Origin: the human T2T-CHM13v2.0 reference genome, Homo sapiens
Strand: one strand, 5' to 3'
Assembly (NCBI RefSeq): GCF_009914755.1
Contig: NC_060928.1
DNA length: 64,000 nt
A model generated the notes under the pieces. The model searched no databases. It was not told the origin of the DNA and saw only the letters and a program-made list of their open reading frames with translations. Below are positions 40,281 to 56,130 of the stretch, in pieces (the first letter of the stretch is position 1; the number at the start of each line of letters is the position of its first letter). Position numbers and translations under genes: made by a program.

Positions 40281-41749
40281 CTCCAAAATGTTGACCAATT
40301 TAATTAGCTAGAGGTCATATTCTAATATACCTGACAGCTACATTCTTTTTTATTCCCACTTAAAATTAGGAAAAGTCACTCACTAATCATAAGGTTATTA
40401 TACAAACTTGTTTATAATTCAAATGAAGCAAATGTTAATCAGTCAAAATTAAAATGCCACAAATTAGAATACCACTTTCATTCTGGGTTAAGTATGTATA
40501 GCATAAGGGAATTTAGTGTTTGCTAGGTGATTGTAGTAATAATGATAGATAATTAAATTCATATATTAAAGTGGCCTTAGTCTATTCGGGGTGCGTGTGA
40601 GCACATGAAATTTAGACATAAATTATATTTGCCAAAATAAAATAAAAATACAATATAAACCCCAAATGTGTTTCATTATTATTACATAGATTCAGATACA
40701 TAAAGAGGAATAATGAATCACCTCTTTCCTAGTCGAACAAATTATATTCATAAAGTCTCTTGTGAAATATATTTGTAAGGGAATATGTTGACTTAAGAAC
40801 AGATTCTAAAACTGATTACTCTATATATTTTTATTTAAATAAATTGTCACAAATATGTCATTTTAAGTAAATATTACTTAAAAACAAATTCTCCCACTAG
40901 AGCTAGAAAAAAACCATTTTCTAAAAGATTGTGTTTTATGGGGATTTTTTGCCATCAATAGTTTGTTTAAAATAGCATATTTGGACCACAATGAGGTAAA
41001 TTTAGTCAACATTGTTTACAATGCTCTTCAACTTCACCTAATTGTGAAAACCATTCCATAAATATTTGTGTAATGGTTTTACTTAAGACTGGTATAAATC
41101 ACTTCAAAGTATGTGTTAATAGACTACTGTCCTATGCAAAGAATTCAAAGTTGTCTTTAATATAGGTTATTTTAGAAATTTCACTTTTTAAATTTTTAGT
41201 TTTTCTAGAAGACTTAATTAAAAGAATAAATTAGAAAATTCTCCAATGATAACAAAAGAAAACTACTGTTATGCTTTATAAATTACGTGATGGTTACATT
41301 ATTGCTAAATTGTACAAAAAAGGAGGCAGTGTCTGCCAGCTGCCCCTATGAAAAGAACACTTTAATTTGTTTCAAAATAGAGAATGGGAAAAATAAAGAT
41401 CCATCAATTAGTATCACCTAAAAACTTCTATTTATATGAATATTGCCATAATTTTAAGCACATGTATTTCTAAATTATTTAAAAAGAATGTATAAGAACC
41501 ATCAATGGGTCCCTTAACAATGAACAGCAGATTGTAATAGTGACAAACTATTACAATGAAAGGGAACAACTTGGCATAGATTTTTTTATGCAGTCTTTTT
41601 ATTTTTATAAAATAAATAATGTGAAAGAGACTTTTTTCAATGTTCATGAAGTTAGATAGAAGCATATATGGGAATAATTTTTAAAAAATTGTCTGAAAGA
41701 GTGCTGAGGGGAATCGTGTCCTGCAAAAATACGATTTGAGGACTGGTTC

Positions 41750-41965
41750 TAAATGGGGACTCTGGAGCCATGCTGTGTCAGTTGATCTCTAGGGTCAGAC
41801 ACTAATTATAACCTGGTCAAGTCTTCTAACCTTTCTGACTCATTTTTCTCTTGTGTAAAATGGGAATCACAACAGTATTTGCCCCCCAAAATGTCTGTAA
41901 TAATTAAAGGTAGAGGCTTTAAACCAGCACACAGTAAGTGCTGTATAAGGTTAGCTATTGTTACC
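41750..41965 (+). mobile_element. MIR
   Basis: GACTCTGGAGCCA..GTCAAGTCTTCTAACCTTTCTGACTCATTTTTCTCTTGTGTAAAATGGGAAT..CACACAGTAAGTGCT..GTTAGCTATT. Confidence 0.75.
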
Positions 41966-42051
41966 GACAGTTACTTTACTAGTAGAAGTTAAACTCTAAA
42001 GTTAGCTATTGTTATTGACAGTTACTTTATTAGTAGAAATTAAACTATCAA
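41950..42051. repeat. 51-bp tandem duplication (2 copies)
   Basis: GTTAGCTATTGTTACCGACAGTTACTTTACTAGTAGAAGTTAAACT.. at 41950 and GTTAGCTATTGTTATTGACAGTTACTTTATTAGTAGAAATTAAACT.. at 42001. Confidence 0.93.
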
Positions 42052-42719
42052 CCATGTATATAATTTCTGTTCAATTTCCACAAAGGACTAATCAAAAGCA
42101 ATACATGAGTAAGTTAATAATCAAAGAAAACCATGTACTAGACACATAAGAACCGTATAGGAGAAATAAATAAGATATTTGAGAAAGAAAGGAAAAGAGA
42201 TAACTGTATCATTCTCCAATCTCATTTCCCAGAAACTTGTTTTAGAAGTGACCTTTATTTTGTCAAGGTACCTACCCCACCATCCTTGCCTAGGAGGACA
42301 AAGGCATGGCTCTGAGAGGCTAAGGTTAGTAGTGGTGGCAGTTGTGGTAATGGTGAAATTAGCCATAGATTGACGTCCAGCTGCCTAGTGCCTTGGCTCC
42401 TCTTTAGTTTACTTGAACTGCAATTTCTACATAAAGATACCACTTAGATATTGAACATGTTTTTATGAAAATATTTACCTTATAGTGGACAAATTACTTT
42501 ATTTTGGACCTAGCATCCTTTATTGCCCGTTTTTAATTTTGATGTAACCCACTTATCTCTGATAACATCCTTGTTACTCTGACACTAGATGCTTCAGCTA
42601 ATCTTCCATATTTTCCCCGACAGCTATTGTTCCAAAACTGCTCTTTTTAGTGGAGAAACTACTTACAGTACTCACGATTTAATGATTCAGTTACCATTAC
42701 TTCTTGGCCTTTGCAAGGA

Positions 42720-44100
42720 GCAGGGTTAGTAAAAAATGTATTTCAGAAACAAAACAAATGTGTTAACATATGATGTATTTTCAATTCCGATTTACTACCA
42801 CAGGATTTTTACTTATCCTGTTTCATTTTTTTCCTATATTTATTTTTTCTTATAGTAAAAATTTTGCTTATTTGCTTTATCCAGTTACAAATGAAGTATT
42901 TTCAATGTAATAACACTAGTATTGCTTATAAAATTCAGAAAACTGAATGAGTTTTATAAATTCTTTGCAGTAAAATTTTGTCTTCAAATATTTTTCTCTA
43001 AATTTGAACATAAAAATATAATATACTCTAAATTAACTTAGATAAAAAATATATTTTCAGTCAACCTAGAGAGAGGGTTTCATTAGTTTCAATTTTTAGG
43101 AGCTTTTTACTTTCTAATTTAATTTGATTTGTTTTTGATTATGTACAACTATTAAAAGATTGCAAATTAGAAACTATATAGGAAGGTATTTAGGTAAATG
43201 TTTGTCTCCATTTCTGCTTCCTTTATTGTGACTTTCTCCCAACATGGATAGATGGAAAAATCATATCAACTATTAAATACTGTCTTTGTCACATATATCA
43301 TAGAATTTGTATCATATTATAGGATAAAGATCATAATCATTCTATTTTATGGCTAAATCATATCCCATTATATTACATAAAGGATTTAATCTTTCAGTTC
43401 CCTATTGAAGGACAGTAGGTTGTTTTCATTTATTTGCTCTTAAAAATTACCACAGTGAATCATTTCATATTTTTGCCAGTATAGCTTGGTGCTAGATTCC
43501 TAGTGCGATCAAACGGCTAATTCACTGTGTAAACTTCCTGATATTATCAACCTGTCAAAAAACCTCCATTCCTGTAATACTTTTTTTCAACCTCACCAGA
43601 AATGTGTGGAGATACATTTATCCACATAGATGTATTAACAAAACATTTCATCATGCTTTTAGAATTTTGCCATTCTGATGAGATAAAAATATTTATTGAT
43701 CTTTCTCTTACTACAAATGAAAGTGAGCAAGTTTTCATACATTTAAGGTATATTTTTCTATGAATGCCTATTTTAAATTTGCCCATTGTACTACAAGTTG
43801 TTGATTTTTACTCCTTGATATTTAAGAACATTTTGTCAATAAATGTTTAAACTCTTTGTCATACAAATTGGAAATATTATTTCCCAGTTTCTTTCGTTTT
43901 GACTCAGCTCATGATATTTTGTTCCCAATATTTACATTTATAGGTCATTTATAGTTCCATTTTTTAAAATATGTTTTCTCTGACTAATTTAGAATTTATC
44001 TTGGAGTGAAAGGAGGAAAGAACCCAGTTTATCTTTTATCAAATCCCTAGCCAGTCGTCACAACATCAATTTAATATTTTTTAAATAAATAGGTGCAGAG
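42720..44100 (-). mobile_element. Old L1ME/L1MC fragments
   Basis: Antisense L1 3' motifs (TTCCCTATTGAAGGACA..GGTTGTTTTCA, TTTTGCCATTCTGAT, TTTGCCCATT, TTTCCCAGTTT). Confidence 0.6.
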
Positions 44101-44237
44101 TTCTATTTTTGGCGTATACCACAGGGATATGTTTTCCAATTATAATGTTCTTAAGTGAGAGAACATAAATATAGACAGTAGAGAAATAATCTTTTATTGC
44201 AAAATTCTTTTATTTTTTTAAATTAATTAATTTACCG

Positions 44238-44544
44238 GTTTTTTGTTTGTTTGTTTGTTTTTGAGACAGAGTCTCACTCTGTCACCCAGGCAGAAATGCA
44301 GTGGCACAATCATCGCTCACTGAAGTCTTGACCTCTCAGGCCCAAGTGATACTCCCACCTCAACCTCCCAAGTAGCTGGGACTACATGTGCATGACACCA
44401 CACCCAGCTAATTTTTGTATGTTTTGTAGAGACAGAGATTTGCCATGTTGCCCAGGCTTGTTTTGAACTCCTGAACTAAAGCGATCTGCCCTCCTGGGCT
44501 TTCCAAAATGCTAGGATTACAGGCAGAAGCCACTGCACCTGGCC
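44238..44544 (-). mobile_element. AluJ-like, full length
   Basis: (TTTG)n tail, dimeric structure, ends CCTGGCC; candidate TSD AATTCTTTTA at 44203-44212 and 44549-44558. Confidence 0.92.
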
Positions 44545-44952
44545 CTATAATTCTTTTAGATATTAACATTTTTTAAGATTTTACAGTCTTTAAAAAAACC
44601 TAGTGAATAATTTTTAGTGATGCATTTTAACCACATCTTTATAATAACTTATTCTCTATTTATATTTCATCACTTTACATAATTTCTATTAAAATTGGTT
44701 GATTATAATAATAATATTGGCATAAAGTGTTTTGGAAATAAGCAACTGATTCATGGTATTAGAAATTAGCCAATTTGTCACAAGTGTTTACTATTATATG
44801 GACATGAATCAACATTTTTTACAGAAACAAAAGAGAGTACCAGCTAAAACAGGTTGTAGATTCTAGAGACCTCAAAAGTTGCAAATTTGCTTTTGAAATA
44901 AATGAGTTCCTGTGATTTCCAATAATGGAAAATAATAATAATATTATTATTA

Positions 44953-45191
44953 TCTCACTCTGTCTCCCAGGAAGGAATGCAGTGGCACAATCATTGCTCA
45001 CTGAAGCCTTGACCTCCTAGGCGCAACTGATCCTCCCAGCTCAGCAGCTGGGACTACATATGCATGCCACCATGTCCTGCTAAATTTTGTACTTCTTGTA
45101 GAGATGGGGTTTTGCCATGTTGCCCAGGCTGGTTTAGAACTCCTGAACTCAAGCAATCTGCTCTCCTGGGCCTCCCAAAGTGCTAGGATTA
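44953..45191 (-). mobile_element. Tailless, both-ends-truncated AluJ; apparent local copy of the Alu at 44272-44519
   Basis: Shares non-consensus bases with the upstream Alu; flanked by ATGGAAAATAATA..(TAT)n on both sides. Confidence 0.88.
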
Positions 45192-46759
45192 TGGAAAATA
45201 ATATTATTATTATTATTTTCAACAAAAACATTTTTCATTTATCTATCAATCAATTTACCAATCAAGTACAGGGAATTCATTTGCCAGAACTATATTTTAG
45301 AACCAGCTTGAGAATAGTTATAGAATACCTGCAATGAAAACATAAATAAAAAAATAAATTGTATAAGCATGGAGAAGAATTTTTCTTTAGGTTTATATCA
45401 ATATGGTCTTTAAAGTTTTGTAGGCATTGGAATTCTTATAGACCTCATTCCTAAAATAAGTTGAGCTTATTAGAGAAGTCAGATTTGAGTTAAATTTTAT
45501 ATCAAATTAGTCTTTAGTTTTTTTGCTCATTTTGAAAGATGTAATATTCAAATGTATCACTATTTCAAGTTTTTATTTCTGACCAAACTTAATGTGGTTA
45601 CCTCTTCCTGACTCTGCATCATCTCACAGTCACACCGTTTTCTACCTCAGCCAGTCTTACTTTTCTACACAATGTACTCAACTACATTGATCACTTCTTC
45701 TCTAACCTACTGAGATTATCTCCTGATGGATGACACAGTTCACTCCCATTTTCACCATATTTACAGTTTATTTTGTGAATTTGCGGCTTAGTTCCCTGAG
45801 GATAGACTTTTAAAGGAGAAATTATAACAAAACTTTCTGTAACCAACATACTAGTTTAAATTTAAAGTGCATAATGTTGAAGGGTATGAATATTTATGAA
45901 TCATGTACTTGTTTCCTTAGTTTCAGTTTTATAATAACCAAAATTGTAAAACCAAGAGTAACATCTATGGACTTGTTAGTATTGGTGTTTAGTGGTAGCA
46001 TAAGAAAAACAATTGATATGGGGACTAATCCTAAACATGTTGTATGTATAGTAAGTGAAACAATTGTCTTCTTTTTTAAAAACAAGTGCTTTATAGAGAG
46101 TTTGAATAAAATAGATAGTACACGCTTCAGTTGACATGATTTTATTATGAAAATTTATGATTGCTTGAATTGCATTCTATATTTTCAGTATTGAACTGGA
46201 TGTTGTTTCCCTTACTAATTTTTGATGTATTTAATGATATTTAGGGTTTTATAAGAAAACAGGCCAACCATCATAAAATGAAGATTGATATTTTCTGAGA
46301 ATTCTTTCCATAGCTATAGATACAAGCACAGAAATGAAAACAGGGACTTTTATATATTGCTATTTATAAACTGTTTATAATAGTTTTCATTCCTACTGGA
46401 AGAATCTCCTCTTATCTCCAGTCAAAATTTGTAATTAAAGCCACAGAAGCTATTTTATACAACACATGATGTAGATAAAAATGTACTTAACTGAATTAGC
46501 AGGACAGGTGAATATTAACTATCATGTCTGAGCTTTTATTTTGTTCTTCACATTGCCTATGCACAAAAAGATCTGGGAAAAGACCTTTTGAAATATTTAG
46601 TATTCAAAGCGAGTATCACATAGCAAAGGAAATGTGTTGATATTCTATTAACTGAGCTTATGTAGATTACTTTCTTATGCTCAGGATCCATTTTTTAAGT
46701 GTAACTACATATTTAGTTATTATAAGTCTAATAAATAAGAGTATTTTCTTTAATTTTGG

Positions 46760-47100
46760 AGAATGAAATCGTGTCCTTTGAAACAACATGGATGAAGCTG
46801 GAGGCCATAAACCTAAGCATATTAACACAGGAACGAAAAATCAAATACCGCATGTTCTCAGTTACAAGTGGGAGCTATGCATTGAGTACACATGGACATA
46901 AATGTAGGAATAACATACACCATAGGCTACTAGAGGTTAAAGCAAGAGGGCGTGAGTTAAACAACTACCTATCCGGTACCGTGCTCACTAACAGAATGAT
47001 GGGATCTGTACTTCAAACCTCACCATCACGTAATATTCCCATGTAAAAAATCTGCACATACGCTCCCTCTATCTAGGAGAAAAGTTGAAATTTTGAAAAA
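46760..47100 (+). mobile_element. L1PA16/L1PA17-like 3' fragment
   Basis: GAATGAAATCGTGTCCTTTG..CAAGTGGGAGCTA..AAACCTCACCATCACGTAATATTCCCATGTAA..AAAAGTTGAAATT; degenerate TSD. Confidence 0.88.
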
Positions 47101-49309
47101 GAATTTTTTTTAAATTTTGAGATGAGTAAATACACGTTTGCCACATAGCTTAAATTATGCCTCTGGTAGTAAACTATATAACCATTTAAATTTTATATGA
47201 TATTTTGCATTATTTAATAAACTAAACAGTGTTTTAATTAGAATTGACATATATTAGGCATAAAATGCACACACATTTATGAGGTCCAGGAAATAATATT
47301 GCTAACATGTGTGGGCAACAGTGGATATTATTATGATGGCTTTGAATTTTTACACTGTTTAAAATGGTCCTTGATAATTTTATACACCCATGGAAAGAAT
47401 AATCATGCTTTTAGAACACTGAAATAATCAAATTCATTGAGAGATAATTATTTATTTATGTATATTTCTTTAACCCTGGTGGCATTCATGTGGCTTCCAA
47501 AAACACCTATCTTACAACTATAGAACACTAGGAAAAACAACAGATCCACATGTTGGGATTAAAGATCACAACACATGAGTTCATCATTAGCTCCGTCCCC
47601 TATCATTTTCCAGAGGCAATATCAAATACAAATGAATTTAAAATAAGCCTTAATTGGGAAAAGAAGTAGCAAAATAACATCATAAAATTGGAGCCTATGT
47701 GCTCCAGAGGAGTTTCACTCTAGCTTATGAGAAATGTTTTTGATTTTACTGGAGAACAATTAGGAAACAAATATGATTTTGAAGCTCCTATTCCATTTTT
47801 TCTCTGTTACTTCCCCTGGCTCTCACCCTAAATAGCCCAACCTCGAGAGAACAAGTGCCAAATCCTCTGGAAGGGAGTAATGAGGTGGCCAGAGGCAAGC
47901 AGGTTCAGGGCCCAAACAAAGTCTGATCACCAAAGGGCACCCTTGTTTGGGAGGATTTTTCTCAATAGGTGACATGTGTGGCTTGATTTGCTATGTGAAA
48001 TAATTACAAAATGTTCATTACCATTTTCAGAACTTTTAAAGTTTTTAAAGAAAATACATGCATGCATTTTAGTATAAAAATGTTAAATATGACTTTTACT
48101 TATGAGAATTTATACCACTGCTCTAGACTACTAAATAGCAACACTAAGTATTCTTTTACATTGAGAGGTGATAATATGTGAAGGTTAATCAATTCAAGTT
48201 TGAACCACAAAATATTAATGCACATTAAAAATAAAATTACATTTATAATGGGTTTTATTTATAAATATAATCTTGTCAATACCTGCTTGTGAAGGAGGAA
48301 GGTAGTAAAAGAGATCAAGTACCTACTCTATTTTAAGTACTGTTCTAGGTATTTTATTTGCTTACATTATCTTATTCTATAACACTATTGTTAAGAGATT
48401 GTTGTTTTCTCTATGTGATTTGGATGAGAAATATTAACTCATGAAGCTAGAATTCTGCACTTTATATTAGTCTATTATACCACTTCACATCTCTACTTTT
48501 ATATGTAATAGCTAAAGGCTATATACAAAAGCATAAAAATAGCAGATAAGATGCGGTGATAAGTTTAGCCTTGTTTTTAGTATGTTATTTGCTACATTCC
48601 AATCAGTAGTCACGATATAACATAAATTCTTGCTTGAAAACCAAACTTCTTTTTAAAAAATGCCATTTGACACTAGATCATTTTAAATTTAGAGGAAATA
48701 TAAAAATATTCATGCCCTTCTTGAAAAATTAAAGCAATAAGCTTTCTGTCAAATGCAAGTGACATATTGAGGCATCCTTGCACACTGGTGGCAATGTAAG
48801 TTGCTAACATACAAATATGTCTATGTATAAATATCAGTGGCTTTTCCATTACTATACATTATTTTAGATAAAGTGACATAGTAAGCATGTGGAATTTAAA
48901 TTTCAGAGGTGAGAGAGCCAATCACCCATGCAGCTGTCATATTTAGGACCGCATATGAAAGGCAGGAGAGATCTTCAAGTGTCAGGGAAAGAAAGTCTTT
49001 TTAAGTATCAAGATTTCTTCAACAGATGGCTTTGGTAGCTTATATTTTATATTTATGAGTTCTAATTTTTAAAATAGTAAACGTATTCTAATAATGTCCA
49101 TTTGTTAATTTGTCAATCAAGTGATGGACAGTAGGTTTATAAGCTTTTAAATATAGAATGGAAAAGTATTTTTCTTAGTGATATGTTATGTTGAAATTCA
49201 GTGATCTAAAAGTACTGAATTTCCATCCTGTTTCATAGCATAGACATGAGATATGAGGGAAAGGAAAGGTGAATATAAAGAGGAATATAGTGAGTGACGA
49301 TCACAAAAC

Positions 49310-50255
49310 TGATCTGGTAAAGGAGCTCCCAATGGCGAAAAGTGGAACAATTCAAGCCACAGATTAATAAAGTAGTTTTGGATCATAAATATAAAAGAAA
49401 TACATATGAGCATATTTAAAGTATAAAATAAATATACATAAGTACATATACATAAGTATATTTCTTTTAATTTACAAAGTATAAAAGAAATAGACATGAG
49501 TCCACACTGATATAAATAGACGATTGAATGAATAAATAAATATACAAATCTCCCATGCAGAAGAATTGTTAATAATAGTGTGGATACTTTCCTCTACTGG
49601 AGGTGAAGTTTAATTTCTACCACTCCCCTCCCTACCTATGGTTTTCTAGGCTTTAGTGAGACTTGCTTTCAAAAATAGAGTGGGGAAGGAAAAACAGTAC
49701 AGTTACAGTGAAGAAACCTGTCAAACACTACCTTAAGGAAGTGGTGAATGTTAACAACATCATTAGTGAGACCACATGGCTATCATATGCCCTGTGATAT
49801 GATGAGAAGAGAAAGTAACTTCACCTCTGTGGTACCTTTTCCAAAAACCCATTACCCATGGCTAATTTTTAAAAAAATAATAAGGCAACCCCAGACGGGG
49901 GGATATTCTGTAGTACTCATTAAGACTGTAAAGGTAATGTATAACAACAAAAGACTCAGCACCCATCCTAGACCAGAGGATATCTGGGAAACATGACAAA
50001 TAAATTAAACGTGGTACCCTAGATCAGACCCTAAAAGAGAAAGAAGATGGGAATTGAAATATTGCTAAAATTCACACAAAGTCTGAATTTTAGATAATCA
50101 TAATGTACCAATGTGACTTCTTAGTTTTGGAAAATGTATCATGGTAATGTCAGAAGTTCAAAATAGTGGAGAGATTATAAACAAACTCTCTGGACTGTAT
50201 TTGCAATTTTTCTGTAGATCTGAAACTATTCTAAAATAAAGTTATGAAAAAAAAG
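49310..50255 (+). mobile_element. L1MC/L1MD 3' UTR fragment
   Basis: GAGCTCCCAATGGC, ATGAGTCCACACTGATATAAATA, TACAGTGAAGAAACCTG, TAATGTACCAATG, A-tail. Confidence 0.8.
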
Positions 50256-50340
50256 AAAGCTAGTCAAGATCTTTAAAAAATTTACTGCCATGAATAATCA
50301 AAAAAATTTTTTAAGTGAAGAAGACATTTTAGATTGAGTC

Positions 50341-50850
50341 TTTTATGGTTAATTTTATGCATCAATTTGATTTGCCATAGGTTGCCCAGATATTTAATCA
50401 AACATTATTCTGGGTGTTTCTGTAAGGGTGTTGTTGGATGAGATTGTCATTTAAATTGGTAGACTAAGTAACATTTAAATTTGTGGCTAGCTCTCCCTCA
50501 TGGGAGTGGGTCTCGTCCAATCAGTTGAAGGCCTGAAGAGAACGAAAAGGCTAACTCTCCCTTGAACACAGAAGTATTCTTCCTGCCCGATGGCCTTTAA
50601 ACTGGGACATCTGTTTTTGTCCTGCCTTCAGACTGTAACTGAAATAGTGATGCTTCCTAGATCTCAACCCTGTCAGCCTTCAGACTGAAAAAAAACCACT
50701 GGCTTTCCTGAGTCTCCAGTTTGCCCACTCACCCCTCAGATCTTGGGACTTGCAGCCTTCATAATTGTGTGAGCTAAATCCTTACCATAAATACATTTTT
50801 GTACATACATCTTATTTTTTCGGTTTCTCTGGAGAATCTTGACTAATACA
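50341..50850 (+). mobile_element. MLT2D-like ERVL LTR
   Basis: ATGGTTAATTTTATG..GCCCAGATATTT..AACATTATTCTGGGTGTTTCTG..CAATCAGTTGAAGGCCTGAA..TCTCTGGAGAATCTTGACTAATACA. Confidence 0.9.
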
Positions 50851-51709
50851 GAATATAAAAGACTTGACAACTAAATGCAATGCATAATTATTCTTATTCT
50901 GGATTAAAAAAACAAGCCAACTAAGAGCATTATTCGGACAATTTGAGAAATTTAAATATGAATTTGTATATTATATAACATTTTCATCACTGTTGAATTT
51001 ACTGAGTGTTATCGTGGTTATAAAGAGGATTGCCTCTGTTCTTTGAGAATCTATCTTTAATTATTTAGAGGTGAAATGTTATCATGGGTTCAACTCACAT
51101 TCAATTAGTTTGACAAATACTGTGAATCTAGATGGATGAACAGAGAGAGAATGATAATGATAATGAAGATACACTGATATAATTTTATACAGGCATATAG
51201 ATAGAGAGATAAAGCAAATAAGGCCTAATGTTAAAACTTTTAAATCTCGAATTTTTTTTTGTCTTAAACTACTTTTTGTCTGTAAGTCATTCTTTTTTAA
51301 TTGGTAGAGGAAGGAATGATATTGACTATTTTCAGAATCTTAAAGTTTTATTGTGGAGGCAAGTGAACTAATAGAAAAACAAGAATAGTAAAAAGCAGAA
51401 TTCTAGGAGGAATAAAACCAAGCATTGTAATTGAAGTCTTTAGTAAAAACAGAGAAGTTAATCAGATTTTATTGTACTAGGTTTGACTATATTTTATTTG
51501 AATGGAAAGTGAAATTAAGTTACAATAATGAAAACCAACTGTAATTATTTGGCTTAGATTCATTTCCTCATTATAAACTCAGAAACCCTTTATAGAGGGA
51601 ATAGTAACCATGGCGGTTACTCCAGGTATTCATCCATCAAATTTGAGAAGCATATGTGAAAAATTATCTTTCAATTAATCCTAGTGATAAATTATTCTGG
51701 GATGGGCTT

Positions 51710-52160
51710 TGTAGCAGACACTCTTTTTGCCCTCTTCTATTTGGCACACCCCAAATGTCATCTGCACCTTCAGTAGATTCTTTCTGTATATACCCTCAAC
51801 TTCTTATCTGAATCAGCTGCATCCATCTGCCCAAGGGTTTTCTTGGCCAACATAAGGTTCTTGACCATAAGCAAAGTCAACAGAAGTGCCAGGGAGAAAG
51901 ACAAGATTTGAAGGAAAAACATACCAGCTTCCCTTGCCTGTTGGTGCAACCATTCTCACATGTTTTCTACACAGTCCGTGAAAGGATATCTGGCAAGAGT
52001 TAACTACCTCACTCAGAATGTAACTCATTTTTTCTTTTTTTGCCTACCTACCCTGCGTTCCTATGACACTCTCATGGTGCTTCCTGAAATTACTTCCCAG
52101 ATAATTATTCCACTTAAATTCTTATCTCAGTGTCAGCTTTTGGAGAATCAAAATTAAGAT
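51710..52160 (+). mobile_element. LTR16A/B-like ERVL LTR
   Basis: TGTAGCAGACAC start, AGAAGTGCCAGGGA, TTCTACACAGT, GTGCTTCCTG..TTCCCAGATAA..CTTATCTCAGTGTCAGCTTTTGGAG. Confidence 0.65.
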
Positions 52161-52754
52161 CCACATATTACCTAATGATTAAAAATGAGTAATGAGATAA
52201 TAAAAATAGAAATAGATAAATGTATAGGTTTGCTTCTACTACAAGTTCAAGGAGCAAGAAGGGGCCATTTATTTTTCAGGATATTGTCATGTCTAAATAT
52301 CAGGCTTAGGAATTCTGCAGTCTCCTTGACAGAGCTTGAGGATGAATCACATAGAGATCGTGATCGCATCAAAAAAATCTAAAGAAATTAAGAGTCATGT
52401 TGCACTGCTTAGCCATTATATCCCTGGATATCTTACCATTTGAAATGACAGATTTCTGTATTCATAAACTAGTCTGAGTTGGGATTTTTAAAAATTACCA
52501 TAGCTAATATTAACAGATATAGGAAGTTTGTGGTAGAAATTGGTTTGGTTAGGATGTAGTTAGGACATAAGGATTGTTTTTAAAGTAGTTACATAAGAAT
52601 GGAACAATATTAACTGTGCAAATTGAAAAAAAATGAACAGTCTGATAGTGATTGTTGAAAAAAGTGTCCTTTGGCACTGACACCAATTGTGCCTTCTACA
52701 CTATAACCTCAGCAACTGGCTTAATCAGTAGCTTCAAATCCTCTATTACTCTTA

Positions 52755-53990
52755 GTTCTTTTATTTAGCAAACATTTATCCATCGCCACCAATGTTTCTA
52801 ATTTTGTGCTTGAACAAAGTGAGAGGAGACATTTTGGGAGCACCCAGACATAGCTGATGACTATTGCAGACACAAACAACAAGGAAAACCATTCTACCTA
52901 AGCAGACTGGCAGAAAAAACAATAGTGAATGTGCCAGGTATGGGTCTCATGGCCTCAACATTTTAGCTCTGTGTTCTGAAAAAAATAACCCAATAAGTAT
53001 CAGGCTCTCACAAATCTCCCATACCATTCAATTTGAAAGTAGGAGGCTGCAATATAGAGTAAATGAATTGCATCCCCTTCCCATAATTGATACACAGATA
53101 CTAAACTCAGATTACTGTTTAAATCTAGGAGAGAGTTAGGCACATGGTGAAGGGTCTGCAAGCTCAGAAAAAATGCCCATTAACTCATACCTTATAGATG
53201 GATGGGTCTTACTGCTGAACTAAGCCTTAACAGATGAGTGAGTAAACTAGAAGAAAATGAAAGGTGAGGAACAAACAAAGGTTAGTAAGCACAGAGAGAG
53301 AAATGAACTCCTGGCAAAAGGATTTCTATGTGAAAAAGTACTGTGTTTGAAGTTAGCTGTGTGTCTTATTTGCTATGACTTAAAAAAAATGCTGGGGTGG
53401 GGGAAATTGAGTGTTAACTTTGTTCTGAAGACAATAGAGTATTATGATTAGCTTTATATTCAGGAAGGATAATATTGGCAGTCGTGCGGACAATAAACTA
53501 GGGAAATTATAATTGAAAGTAAAGAAGAGGATTCAAAATTTGTATGCTAATCTAAGCAAATTTCCCTAAGAGGAGTGGTGACATAAAAGCACTAAAGAAT
53601 TATTTAAGAGGCTTTAGAGAAGCCTACATGCATTAGAAAAGCAGAATCAACTTGTCTTGCTTAGCACTGGATTAGGTGGCAGAAAATACAAGAAGTTGCT
53701 AAGGCTGAGTCCTCTTTTTACTGCTTGAGTAAACAGGTTTATGTTAAAACAATTTCCAGGCTATAGAATATGGGAAGAGTAAATGGTGAGATAATGAGGA
53801 AAGCTTAGACATGATGATTTTCAGATGTCTGGGGGACACCTGAGTGACTGCATCTTATTTAAAATTCTCAGTCTTAAATTTTGGGAAAGTGACTTAGACT
53901 AGAGGTACATATTGTTACTAGTGAACATATAAGTATATATTTAAATAATGAGACTAAATGGCCTCTCAAATTAGGGAGTTTTGATTCTTC
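52755..53990 (-). mobile_element. L2 fragments
   Basis: ATTTAGCAAACATTTAT.. and downstream antisense L2 motifs (TGAACTAAGCCTTAACAGATGAGT, TTAGACATGATGATTTTCAGATGTCTG). Confidence 0.55.
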
Positions 53991-54407
53991 ATTCTTTCTG
54001 CTCACCAGTGTTACAACCAAGGGAAAATAGAAGGATCCAAAGAAGAATAAAAGTTATCTATTTTATAAATGGGCTAAAGCAAGGATCTAAACTCCTAGAA
54101 ATAAATCTGTTTTGTACAGGTAGATTGGAGAATGCAAATGGACCCAAAGCGCGAGTAAAAACTTCAAAGAACCACTCCACTGACTGGAGCTTACCCACTG
54201 AGTCCTAATCTGGGAGGCTGGAAAATAGTGAGAGGAGATCTTGTTGGAGCATCCAGAGGCAGCTGATGGTTATTCTTTTCTAATGGTGAATTCATCCAGC
54301 AGAGACCGTAAGTGGAGGAGAATAAAAATTAGAACAAATAGCTAGCAAACAGAAAAAACAAGTAAGCGGGATAGACACAGAGAAAGGAACATATGTAAGA
54401 AATGAAA

Positions 54408-56130
<1,723 letters not shown>

